From positions 1-47,798 of the IMG/VR virus record IMGVR_UViG_3300048591_000612: DNA of 47,798 nt. The stretch is one strand, 5' to 3'. The position numbers and the translations under genes were made by a program. The notes below the pieces were generated by a model that saw only the letters and a program-made list of their open reading frames with translations, ran no database searches and was not told where the DNA came from. The number at the start of each line of letters is the position of its first letter. Within the stretch, counting starts at the first letter, position 1. This stretch comes from a virus (Duplodnaviria; Caudoviricetes). Below are positions 39,553 to 47,798 of the stretch, in pieces.

Positions 39553-42387
39553 TTAAACTTTAATTGCTATCATATGTGATCCTGCATAAACACTTATCTG
39601 GTTTGTACCAGAAGCACCTCTTGCTTGGAGTTTTATACTTCCACCACTACCACCAGTCTGTATTACCATAGAGCATGATAAGACCTGAGTAAAAGGATCA
39701 CCTGGTACGAAATCAACATTAGGACCAATATCACCGCTATCAGCTGCTATATAATTAGTGAAGGCACAGACATAATTACCAGATAACCTTCCCAGTATAG
39801 ATGTAATAGAAACCCCACCGCTCCTACCAGTCATTGAATAACCTAATAATGGATAAGAACTACCGCTTGTTATTCTATGGGCTACTTCAAACTTTATTAT
39901 ATAAGTAGAATTAGCAGCAAGTCCAGTTATCGCAAAGCCACTCACATCAGAATACCCACTGCTGTTTGTATTATACGTAGTAGAAATATTCCTATACATC
40001 AACGCATTAGGCCCTTGTGGGCCTGTAGCTCCCTCAGGGCCTGTTGCTCCCGTTTCACCTACTCCTGTTTCACCCTGTACCCCAGTTGCTCCTATGATAC
40101 CAGTCGCACCCACAACACCTGTTGCTCCGCTAACACCAGTAGCGCCAGTCACTCCTGTAGAACCGGTTGCCCCTACTCCAGTCGCACCTGTTGTACCTAC
40201 GCCTGTAGCTCCAGTAACACCAGTAGGACCTGTCTGACCGGTAGCTGATGCAATAATCTCAAATACTTGATCGCCTTCACTCCAAGAAGAGTCACCGCCG
40301 ACATACTCGACAGCCCAATAAAAGCCGCCAAATCCTGTCTGCGTGTTACCTGTGATGCGGAAAATAGATCCACGAAAACGAATCTGAGAACCAGCAAAAA
40401 TTGCACCTGGCACAAGGTTGATAAAGTCGGCATACCCTGACGCATCATTTGAATGGATGACTACAAACACAGTGTCGGCAGGCGTGTCGGCAAGCGACGA
40501 TCCGCCCGTCTCAAGGAACATACACTGACCGTTGCTGATCGGATTGGCATACGCTCCGACCTTATCCCTGACAAACGACCTCGTTCCCCTGTGCTCGTAG
40601 AGTGAGCGCTTGAGGATGTTCGGATTGATAGCATGGGTCGTGTTCGTGCCTTCTTTGGCATCGGTGAGCGTGGCAATATTGACAGGACCCGCAATACCAG
40701 TTGGACCTGTCTGACCGATAGGTCCAGTTGCCCCAGTCACACCTTGTGTACCAACCCCTGTGGCACCTGTTACACCAGATTCACCAATAACACCAGTGCC
40801 TCCAGTAATACCAGTCGCACCCGTTATACCTATACCGGTAGGTCCAGTCTCACCAACAGCTCCAGTTGCTCCCGTGATACCTATGCCAGTTGCCCCTTGT
40901 ATGCCGGTCGCCCCTGTGATGCCAATTCCCGTAGCTCCGGTTATCCCAATACCAGTCGCCCCCTGCGTACCAGTGGCGCCAGTTATACCAACCCCAGTAG
41001 CACCTGATACGCCAATAGGCCCAGTCTGACCTACAACACCCGTAGCACCAGTTATACCAATACCTGTTGAACCTGTTAATCCAGTTGCCCCAGTGACCCC
41101 AACTCCTGTTGCCCCAACTGTGCCTGTTGCCCCAGTTTGACCAATAGTCCCAGTGGCTCCAACAGTGCCAACTCCAGTCGCGCCTTGGATGCCTGTAGCA
41201 CCCGTTGTTCCAACTCCGGTCGCACCAACAGTCCCAACTCCCGTTGACCCTTGGATACCCGTTGCTCCGACTGTGCCAGTAGCACCTGTGATTCCGGTAG
41301 CCCCAGTTTCCCCATCGACTCCAGCACCTGTCGCTCCTTGCGTGCCTGTAGCTCCAACGACTCCAGTAGCCCCTGTAACTCCGACTCCCGTAGGACCAGT
41401 TTGCCCAATGCTACCTGTCGCTCCAACCGTACCAGTTGCTCCTGAAGTACCAATACCGGTAGCCCCTGTAAGTCCAGTAGCACCAGTTGTACCAGTCGCT
41501 CCAACGTCTCCCATGAGAGCAATGTACTGCCAGTTATCCTGCCAAGAAGCTCCAACACCTGGCTCATTCGAGGCTCCAGCTGTGTGAGCAAGGATACAAC
41601 GGTATGAAGATCCGTCATTTTGTACGGCATCGTCTATATCATATGATGTTGAACTTGTCCATGTACCAAGCCATGAGAGTGATCCACCTGGGATACCCGT
41701 TGCACCAAGAGGTCCAGTCGATCCAGTTAAACCTGTTGCACCTGTTATACCAACCCCCGTAGCACCGGTTTCACCCGCTCCTGTGGCTCCAGTAAGACCT
41801 GTTGCTCCACTTACTCCTATAGCACCCGTTGCACCTGTAATACCTACACCAGTGCTCCCTTGTATGCCTGACGCACCAGTTGCGCCCTGAACTCCTGTGG
41901 CTCCCGTTTGACCGATGCCTGTAGCGCCAACTGTACCAGATGCGCCTTGTAGACCTGTAGCCCCAATGACGCCTGTTGCACCTGTAGTGCCTTGTGTACC
42001 AATGCCAGTAGCTCCAGCTGATCCTGTCGCTCCCACTGATCCCGAAGGTCCAGTCGCTCCAGTAGATCCCACTCCCGTCGGTCCTGTTTGCCCTTGTACA
42101 CCTGTTGCTCCAGTTATGCCGATTCCAGTTGCTCCTGTTACACCAGCGCCTGTTGCGCCTATTGCTCCCGTAGCTCCTACAACACCACTCGGTCCTGTAG
42201 CGCCAGTTGTTCCTGCTCCTGTTGCCCCCGCAACACCAGTAGCACCAATCACCCCAGTTGCGCCGGTAGGACCTTGCGCCACATTCGTAAGGACATTAAC
42301 ACGAATAGTCGTCTCTGTGACGCCTACATTCGTGACCTCTGTCGATACATTGATAAGGGTATTATTTGGTGATACAGTTATAAGCAT
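39553..42387 (-). CDS. collagen-like fibre protein with G-X-T repeats and a CBM5/12-like insert
   Basis: Three GAT/GVT/GIT/GPT repeat blocks; [27 protein letters not shown]...W insert; non-repetitive C-terminus. Confidence 0.85.
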   Translation of the reverse strand: MLITVSPNNTLINVSTEVTNVGVTETTIRVNVLTNVAQGPTGATGVIGATGVAGATGAGTTGATGPSGVVGATGAIGATGAGVTGATGIGITGATGVQGQTGPTGVGSTGATGPSGSVGATGSAGATGIGTQGTTGATGVIGATGLQGASGTVGATGIGQTGATGVQGATGASGIQGSTGVGITGATGAIGVSGATGLTGATGAGETGATGVGITGATGLTGSTGPLGATGIPGGSLSWLGTWTSSTSYDIDDAVQNDGSSYRCILAHTAGASNEPGVGASWQDNWQYIALMGDVGATGTTGATGLTGATGIGTSGATGTVGATGSIGQTGPTGVGVTGATGVVGATGTQGATGAGVDGETGATGITGATGTVGATGIQGSTGVGTVGATGVGTTGATGIQGATGVGTVGATGTIGQTGATGTVGATGVGVTGATGLTGSTGIGITGATGVVGQTGPIGVSGATGVGITGATGTQGATGIGITGATGIGITGATGIQGATGIGITGATGAVGETGPTGIGITGATGITGGTGVIGESGVTGATGVGTQGVTGATGPIGQTGPTGIAGPVNIATLTDAKEGTNTTHAINPNILKRSLYEHRGTRSFVRDKVGAYANPISNGQCMFLETGGSSLADTPADTVFVVIHSNDASGYADFINLVPGAIFAGSQIRFRGSIFRITGNTQTGFGGFYWAVEYVGGDSSWSEGDQVFEIIASATGQTGPTGVTGATGVGTTGATGVGATGSTGVTGATGVSGATGVVGATGIIGATGVQGETGVGETGATGPEGATGPQGPNALMYRNISTTYNTNSSGYSDVSGFAITGLAANSTYIIKFEVAHRITSGSSYPLLGYSMTGRSGGVSITSILGRLSGNYVCAFTNYIAADSGDIGPNVDFVPGDPFTQVLSCSMVIQTGGSGGSIKLQARGASGTNQISVYAGSHMIAIKV

Positions 42388-42390
42388 TGG

Positions 42391-42768
42391 TTAGAAATCT
42401 CCTGTGTTAGATCTGAACACTGCACGACCATACCAGTATGTTTTGTATATATCACCTGGGAGTTTGACACGAAGATCGTAGCGATATTTATTCCTACGTA
42501 CCTCTCCAATCAACTCATCGGTCTGCTTAATCACTTCAATATGCGTGGCATCAATCACTGTGATCTCACCATCTTCAGATGATGCGGATATAACAGGGAT
42601 ATCATCCTCTGTGCTCCTCTTAAACTCAAGTAGGAACTCCCAATTAGCAAAGCCTGTGATAGGATCACCTGCATCATCTGTGAACTCAAGCACGAAGTGT
42701 ATTGTATCACTCCTCATAAATGTGAGATTCACTTCTGCTGCACCCGATAAATCTACATCATATGCCAT
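42391..42768 (-). CDS. fibre-associated beta-sandwich protein
   Basis: RSDT...YRYDLRV...YWYG pattern typical of fibre-anchoring domains. Confidence 0.5.
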   Translation of the reverse strand: MAYDVDLSGAAEVNLTFMRSDTIHFVLEFTDDAGDPITGFANWEFLLEFKRSTEDDIPVISASSEDGEITVIDATHIEVIKQTDELIGEVRRNKYRYDLRVKLPGDIYKTYWYGRAVFRSNTGDF

Positions 42769-42774
42769 ATCATT

Positions 42775-42801
42775 ACCTTTCGGACATCGTGTCCATCAGA
42801 T
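42775..42801. promoter_or_regulatory. dispersed palindrome copy 8
   Basis: ACCTTTC-GGACATCGTGTCC-ATCAGAT; fills the intergenic gap. Confidence 0.85.
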
Positions 42802-42804
42802 GAG

Positions 42805-43251
42805 TTAAACAGTATCTATATCCCCAGAGACAATCTGTATGTCGAGAGAAAGCACTTTGAGTGTAAGACCCTCAACAATATCAACAACAGGTGCGACATC
42901 GCCCTCAGCAAACATGTGCCAGGTTCCAGACTCACTCGCTGTGTTATCATCACGATACTTTATCGTAAGCGCACGAATAGAGCCGAAGCCGCCACTCGGT
43001 GCGGTGAACTCAAGTATGTCAAGACCATCCTGGGAGAGTACCATTGTATCATCTCCATCAGCATAAGTCCACTCATACACTGTACCATTAGATGCAGCGT
43101 TACCCACATACTTAATACCATTCGCACTTGTTATCTCCACATTATTCGTATTACGAAGACCGAAGCGGAACACCCTATTTATAACATTAGCATCGAGATT
43201 GTCCCAATGAAACAGTACACTGATATATCCTGGAGATGCAAAATGTGCCAT
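42805..43251 (-). CDS. virion/fibre structural protein
   Basis: 148 aa beta-rich; weakly resembles the C-terminal domains of its upstream neighbours. Confidence 0.55.
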   Translation of the reverse strand: MAHFASPGYISVLFHWDNLDANVINRVFRFGLRNTNNVEITSANGIKYVGNAASNGTVYEWTYADGDDTMVLSQDGLDILEFTAPSGGFGSIRALTIKYRDDNTASESGTWHMFAEGDVAPVVDIVEGLTLKVLSLDIQIVSGDIDTV

Positions 43252-43252
43252 G

Positions 43253-44206
43253 TTATACGATCCTTACACCTGAGCCAACTTGGTCAACGTATGGTACGTC
43301 ACCTGTGTTGTATGTTCCGTAACTTGCTGCTGTAACCTGGAATGTTACATCACCTGTATTACCCCCAGGCACTGTTGTGTTGCCACTCGTACTATTCGTA
43401 TTGATCCGCACGAAGTATGGCTTAGCATACCCATTATCTGCAATATTGATCTGAGGGAATGTTACAGATGTTTGTAGGTAAACCTTAGAATCATATTGCC
43501 ACAGCTTCACTGGCTGACGTGCATAGCCTGTATAATTCAACTCAGCGCCAACATCATCATGAAGGGACATCCAATATACAGTGCCATCTGTCAGTGTATT
43601 CGCCAGTGACTGTGTGACAGTATCACCTGTAACAATATCAATAAGGGATGACGCAAGTGCAGCGTATGGGAAACCTCCAAAGAAGCGTACAATCAGATCT
43701 TGTATTTGAAATGTCTGATTTGGATCAATGTGCGGAACTGGATATAGCGGTATGCGAGCGAAGAGTAACCATGTAGGATCGTGTGCTGGACTAGTCTTCA
43801 CACGTGTATGAATCCTTACATTGTTAACATCTCCCCAATCAGCAGTCTTCGGATCAAAGATCATTGGACTTGTACTGTTGATATTGGCGAGGCGTATAAT
43901 ACTATTCGCCAGACCGAAGTCAGCACGTCTCCAGAGCCAAGGATCAGATGGACTCTCGTTCTCTATATCACTAAAGTCTACACAGTCATATGTGATTGTA
44001 TCAACAGATCCAGCAACACCACTCGTCTTCTGTGAATCATTATTCCAAAGGGTGAAGCGCCATTGACGCAGTGCCTCTCCTGGGCTGTCGGTAAGAACAT
44101 CCCTTGGCTTCGTCATGCCTTTATATATCAAAAGCGGGAGTCCGCTATTGTGGATGATAGGCATTGATGCGCTCCTTAAAGTCTTCCGTTGCAGGTTGCT
44201 TCCCAC
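43253..44206 (-). CDS. virion/fibre structural protein
   Basis: C-terminal TVYWMSL...ELNYTGYARQPV...VTFP domain; true start may be 44164 or 44116. Confidence 0.6.
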   Translation of the reverse strand: MGSNLQRKTLRSASMPIIHNSGLPLLIYKGMTKPRDVLTDSPGEALRQWRFTLWNNDSQKTSGVAGSVDTITYDCVDFSDIENESPSDPWLWRRADFGLANSIIRLANINSTSPMIFDPKTADWGDVNNVRIHTRVKTSPAHDPTWLLFARIPLYPVPHIDPNQTFQIQDLIVRFFGGFPYAALASSLIDIVTGDTVTQSLANTLTDGTVYWMSLHDDVGAELNYTGYARQPVKLWQYDSKVYLQTSVTFPQINIADNGYAKPYFVRINTNSTSGNTTVPGGNTGDVTFQVTAASYGTYNTGDVPYVDQVGSGVRIV

Positions 44207-44345
44207 TATTGATCAGATCCAAGAGCATTGGATGATGCCTCACTGGATCGGTCATGACCATATCTATTGCCTCACCATCCGCGTTCATGATAAACGCAGA
44301 GAAGTGTACAACTGCACCTGTGTTATGTTTCTGTTCACTTTGCAT
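44145..44345 (-). CDS. small hypothetical protein
   Basis: 66 aa, GAGG RBS, TAATG-coupled to the upstream gene. Confidence 0.5.
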   Translation of the reverse strand: MQSEQKHNTGAVVHFSAFIMNADGEAIDMVMTDPVRHHPMLLDLINSGKQPATEDFKERINAYHPQ

Positions 44346-45532
44346 TATATTGCCTCAACTTCCACGTCACCTGAATTAAATTGAAGTACGTAGTTCAGTG
44401 GCACATCAAACGTGGCTATGCTCATGGCTATATATTGTGTTCCACCTGTGGATGCACTGAATATACGTACTTCATCAATATCGTCCCACTGTGATGTAGC
44501 AAGCGGGAAGGTTGCATCTGTGTTACTATCGACTTTCTCACCACTTGTTATGTAAATGGCACCGAAGCCGATAGATGCACGAGCGTAACCATTCCCACTT
44601 ACTTCAACACCACTACTGTATAGTGCGAGATATACTGTATTATTCTCAATGTTTTGCATTGCAAGGTTTTCACCACTTCCAAGTCCGACGTCTTTGTAAA
44701 CTGCCTTATACATGAATGTGACTTCATCCTTATCAAATACGATACCATGATGTAACACAGCAATCCCAGCACCATCCTTTCTCACTTGAACAATCTTATC
44801 ACTTAGCGTAACAGCTATCATGTGAGAACCAATCTTAAAAGGTACTCCAGCTTCAATGAAGTACCAAATACCACTATGAAGAACAACAGATGCATCTGTA
44901 TTACGCAGAGCGTATATACCTTTTGTTGCGGCGGGAAGTGATATTATATGCCCACCTATACTGAATGTATGCACCACTGGTGTTTTATAAACAAGTCCAG
45001 CGTGCACAACGGTTTTCGCATCTACATTCCTACGTGCGACTATTTCACTTGTCACACTATCCTTCGATATAATGTGAGCGCCAATACTGTACAGTTTTCC
45101 TTTTTCAATATGTGACACTGTGCCACCATGTAATAAGGATATTCCTACAGCCTCACGCCCAACGTAGATAATCCGATCAATATCAATAGAGGAAAGAACA
45201 TTAGCCGTTAGGCTATAGACACGTCTTGGTGGTGTGAACCAGTGAGCGAAGGAGTGGATGATCGCTTTTGCGTGTATGTGATAACGACCTTTGATTCTCG
45301 GATAAGGATCCCAATAGGTGCACTCGTAGTCGTACAGACACTCAAATGGTTGGACACAAGTGAATGATTCGGATAACGTGTAAGGTGTAGCGCACGTGAA
45401 CGATTCATCGACTGTGTATGGGAGTGAGAGGGTATACGGTGTGTTACAGAGGTACGCCTCATTGCACGTGAAGGACGCGCTGCACGTAAAGGCTTGAGAA
45501 CAGGTGAAGAGGAAATCATTGCAGTTAAACAC
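44345..45532 (-). CDS. virion/fibre protein with Cys hexapeptide repeats
   Basis: N-terminal [FY]xCxxx repeats; C-terminal TVYLALY...EVSGNGYAR...TFPLATSQW...STGG domain. Confidence 0.65.
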   Translation of the reverse strand: MFNCNDFLFTCSQAFTCSASFTCNEAYLCNTPYTLSLPYTVDESFTCATPYTLSESFTCVQPFECLYDYECTYWDPYPRIKGRYHIHAKAIIHSFAHWFTPPRRVYSLTANVLSSIDIDRIIYVGREAVGISLLHGGTVSHIEKGKLYSIGAHIISKDSVTSEIVARRNVDAKTVVHAGLVYKTPVVHTFSIGGHIISLPAATKGIYALRNTDASVVLHSGIWYFIEAGVPFKIGSHMIAVTLSDKIVQVRKDGAGIAVLHHGIVFDKDEVTFMYKAVYKDVGLGSGENLAMQNIENNTVYLALYSSGVEVSGNGYARASIGFGAIYITSGEKVDSNTDATFPLATSQWDDIDEVRIFSASTGGTQYIAMSIATFDVPLNYVLQFNSGDVEVEAI

Positions 45533-45535
45533 ATC

Positions 45536-46096
45536 TTATTTCTCCCCTTCATCTGTCCATTGCATATTACCATCTCCATCCCACTGCTCTGATACAGGTG
45601 TTCCATCTGGTACGATAATAGCGTCAGCAAGGACACCTGCACGACGCATACGCTCAACTGCTGCCTCCTTAATCGCAGCAATTTTATCATCATCCATCTT
45701 CTTATGATCCACTTGCACACGTTTAACCGCAGCATGACCCGCACGATCGAGGATGTCACGAGCTGCCGTAACACGAGTTTCCGGCTTCACATTACCATCG
45801 AGCATTACTTCCTTCAACAACATTGCTGCGATTGGAGCAAGCTTCGTGATCTCAGATGCAACCTCCATTGTTTCAACATCCAGGGAGGCGTTCATATTCG
45901 CTAACTGCGACTGCACAATCGGACTGTACTTCGTATTCACAACCGTTGCTTCTGATACGCCCAGTTCAGCGGCAATATCCTTATTGCTCATCCCCAATAC
46001 GATGCGACGGATAATATCCTTATGAACCTGATTCATCTTCTTCAGCGAAAATGATCGGTCATTTGTGATAAGACTTTGCCCAGTTGCTGTTTCCAC
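45536..46096 (-). CDS. terminase small subunit-like HTH protein
   Basis: GMSNKDIAAELGVSEATV HTH and RVTAARDILDRAG motif; first gene of the late operon. Confidence 0.65.
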   Translation of the reverse strand: METATGQSLITNDRSFSLKKMNQVHKDIIRRIVLGMSNKDIAAELGVSEATVVNTKYSPIVQSQLANMNASLDVETMEVASEITKLAPIAAMLLKEVMLDGNVKPETRVTAARDILDRAGHAAVKRVQVDHKKMDDDKIAAIKEAAVERMRRAGVLADAIIVPDGTPVSEQWDGDGNMQWTDEGEK

Positions 46097-46160
46097 GTCT
46101 TCGTAGGTGAGAGGGTTTTATGCGCTGATAGGTGTGGCAAATGTGCATTTACCTAATACT

Positions 46161-46189
46161 AATATACAACAATCCATATATGGATGCAA
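46161..46189 (-). promoter_or_regulatory. sigma70-like promoter heading the structural operon
   Basis: Minus strand TTGCAT (46189-46184), 17 bp, TATATT (46166-46161). Confidence 0.65.
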
Positions 46190-46239
46190 CAACCGATGCA
46201 AAATAATTTACCACAATTACACGTAGAACAAACACACAA

Positions 46240-46266
46240 ACCTATCGGACATTATGTCCATTGCGT
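46240..46266. promoter_or_regulatory. dispersed palindrome copy 9
   Basis: ACCTATC-GGACATTATGTCC-ATTGCGT. Confidence 0.8.
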
Positions 46267-46404
46267 GCGTTGCGTTAAACGTGTGATGTATGTGAAAGGT
46301 ATGCCACGTGTGGCAAAATGTGGTATTTTATAAAAATCATCTGCACCAAAATTGTGCTTGTGTGGGTGTGGCGTGGATCGTTTTTCCCCAACGTCCCCCC
46401 CGTT

Positions 46405-46462
46405 GGTTAATTACGTTAACTAATCATTTTCACGCAACAACGGTTAATTACGTTAACTAACC
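46405..46462. repeat. pair of 21-bp palindromes GGTTAATTA-CGT-TAACTAAYC
   Basis: Copies at 46405-46425 and 46442-46462. Confidence 0.85.
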
Positions 46463-46521
46463 ATTTCGTGACCATCGCAACATTGCGGATAAAATACTCC
46501 TTAATCCGTAATATGTACAAC

Positions 46522-46555
46522 AAAAAACGGTTGTACGTTTTATCATACAACCGTT
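46522..46555 (-). terminator. intrinsic terminator of the AG-free gene
   Basis: Perfect 10-bp stem AACGGTTGTA/TACAACCGTT followed by a T run on the minus strand. Confidence 0.7.
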
Positions 46556-46577
46556 GTTGTTCAACCGTTCACGTTGT

Positions 46578-47192
46578 TTACGTTGTCGGTTTCCATGTTT
46601 GCATTATTGTTTCGATCATCGCATCGTTCATACCGTTTTTACGACACATATCAATAAAAATTTCGCGTTGTTGTTCGGGCGTCAATTTATCGTACATTTT
46701 ATCAATTTTGTTCATGGTTGCATATTGTGGTTTCGGAATTGCATCAACAACGTTTGTATTTACAACCGTTGGTAATTTTCCCGCCGTTTCACGCAAAACA
46801 CGTTGTTCACGTATATTTGTTGGTTTCGTTGATAATGTACATACACCACCAACCGTACATCCATCGAAACGATTGTTTATCGTTGTTGTTTGTTGTCGGG
46901 TTTCGTCCAACACGTTTTTTCCGTGTTTGTCCAATATGAATTTTCCGTCGTTGTCACGTTTATACGGTGTTGTGGTTGCGGTTGTGGATAACGTGCCGAT
47001 TAATTTGGCATCGTTTGCCGGGAAACGATGTTCAACGTTATCAATTGTGACAACAACGAATAAATCGTTATTGTTGTTGGTTGTGGTTGTTGCGTTGTTG
47101 TCGGTGGATGCGTTGGTTGTGTTCATGTTGTTGATTGTTTGGGCGTTGTTGTTGTTGTCGTTGGTTGCGTTGTTGGTTGTTGTCGTTTCCAT
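46578..47192 (-). CDS. hypothetical early protein (204 aa, Thr/Asn-rich N-terminus) encoded with no AG/CT
   Basis: ATG 47192 (METTTTNN) lies downstream of the 47310-47282 promoter; terminator follows the stop. Confidence 0.7.
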   Translation of the reverse strand: METTTTNNATNDNNNNAQTINNMNTTNASTDNNATTTTNNNNDLFVVVTIDNVEHRFPANDAKLIGTLSTTATTTPYKRDNDGKFILDKHGKNVLDETRQQTTTINNRFDGCTVGGVCTLSTKPTNIREQRVLRETAGKLPTVVNTNVVDAIPKPQYATMNKIDKMYDKLTPEQQREIFIDMCRKNGMNDAMIETIMQTWKPTT

Positions 47193-47281
47193 CGTTGTTT
47201 TTCCGTTGTGTTTTTGTTGTTGTTGTGGCGTACATATATTGCACATATACGCATTGTGCCGTTGTTTTTTGGGCACATTCC

Positions 47282-47310
47282 AATATACACAATTTTGTGT
47301 ATCCGCACAA
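47282..47310 (-). promoter_or_regulatory. sigma70-like early promoter
   Basis: Minus strand TTGTGC, 17 bp ending TGTG, TATATT. Confidence 0.55.
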
Positions 47311-47394
47311 CATATACCACAAACAAACAACATTTATTTTCAACCGTTGTTGTTGCGTACGTTGTTGTTGGATGCGCCACCGTACACGGAAAAT

Positions 47395-47459
47395 GATTAG
47401 TTACGTTAATTAACCATTTCACGCACATTGGGCCAAATGGTTAGTTACGTTAATTAACC
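47395..47459. repeat. pair of 21-bp palindromes GRTTAGTTA-CGT-TAATTAACC
   Basis: Copies at 47395-47415 and 47439-47459. Confidence 0.85.
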
Positions 47460-47572
47460 GTTATCGTTGTTGACCCAACGACCGCAACAACATTTATGTT
47501 CGCTAACTGCATGATGCCGGTGTAACAATGTGTTTGTTGGTGTAGTTGTTTGCATCGTATGTTGTGTATGTG

Positions 47573-47793
<221 letters not shown>

Positions 47794-47798
47794 CAAAA

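Noticed and set aside
40760-42394. PVAPV-repeat plus-strand ORFs
   Set aside because: Antisense reading of the collagen GXT repeats
734-46266. The GGACA-N3-TGTCC repeats as terminators or phage RNA polymerase promoters
   Set aside because: No U-tracts, orientation independent of transcription direction, and no phage RNA polymerase gene recognised
46468-47400. 310 aa Val/Leu-rich plus-strand ORF
   Set aside because: Antisense shadow of the 46578..47192 gene; stop codons are scarce because of the AG ban and GT-rich strand; promoter and terminator support the minus strand
46405-47459. dif/Xer sites (TTACGTTAA resembles a XerD arm; also TTATGTTAAAA at 634-644)
   Set aside because: No XerC arm with 6-bp spacer geometry; the sites are 9-3-9 palindromes

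Overview
The window appears to be a complete ~47.7 kb tailed-phage genome of podovirus-like architecture, opened at a long poly(A) tract: the junk beyond each terminal A-run looks like a degraded copy of the opposite end. The + strand (about 0.3-18.1 kb) carries many small early genes and a replication/recombination block: Cas4-like PD-(D/E)XK nuclease, Sak4-like ATPase, DEDDh exonuclease, SSB-like protein, ParB-HTH-DNA methyltransferase fusion, UDG-like domain fused to a family A polymerase, and a DUF3987-like P-loop protein. The - strand (46.1 to 18.1 kb) carries TerS, fibre proteins including a GXT collagen, a SAM methyltransferase and a glycosyltransferase, lysis genes, TerL, portal, scaffold, capsid, tail adaptor/nozzle and three ejection proteins. 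I saw no integrase, RNA polymerase, tRNA or CRISPR array. Two non-coding signals stand out. First, nine copies of a ~27-bp palindrome (core GGACAYNRTGTCC) are spread round the genome, mostly 5-8 kb apart and filling the few intergenic gaps, one directly behind the ParB-MTase gene. They are candidate parS-like loading sites for a sliding-clamp methyltransferase. Second, a ~2 kb zone centred on the poly(A) junction is almost free of the dinucleotide AG/CT on both strands (none in 46502-47398), includes whole genes, and is bracketed by two of those palindromes. All product calls come from motifs recognised by eye; no database searches were run.
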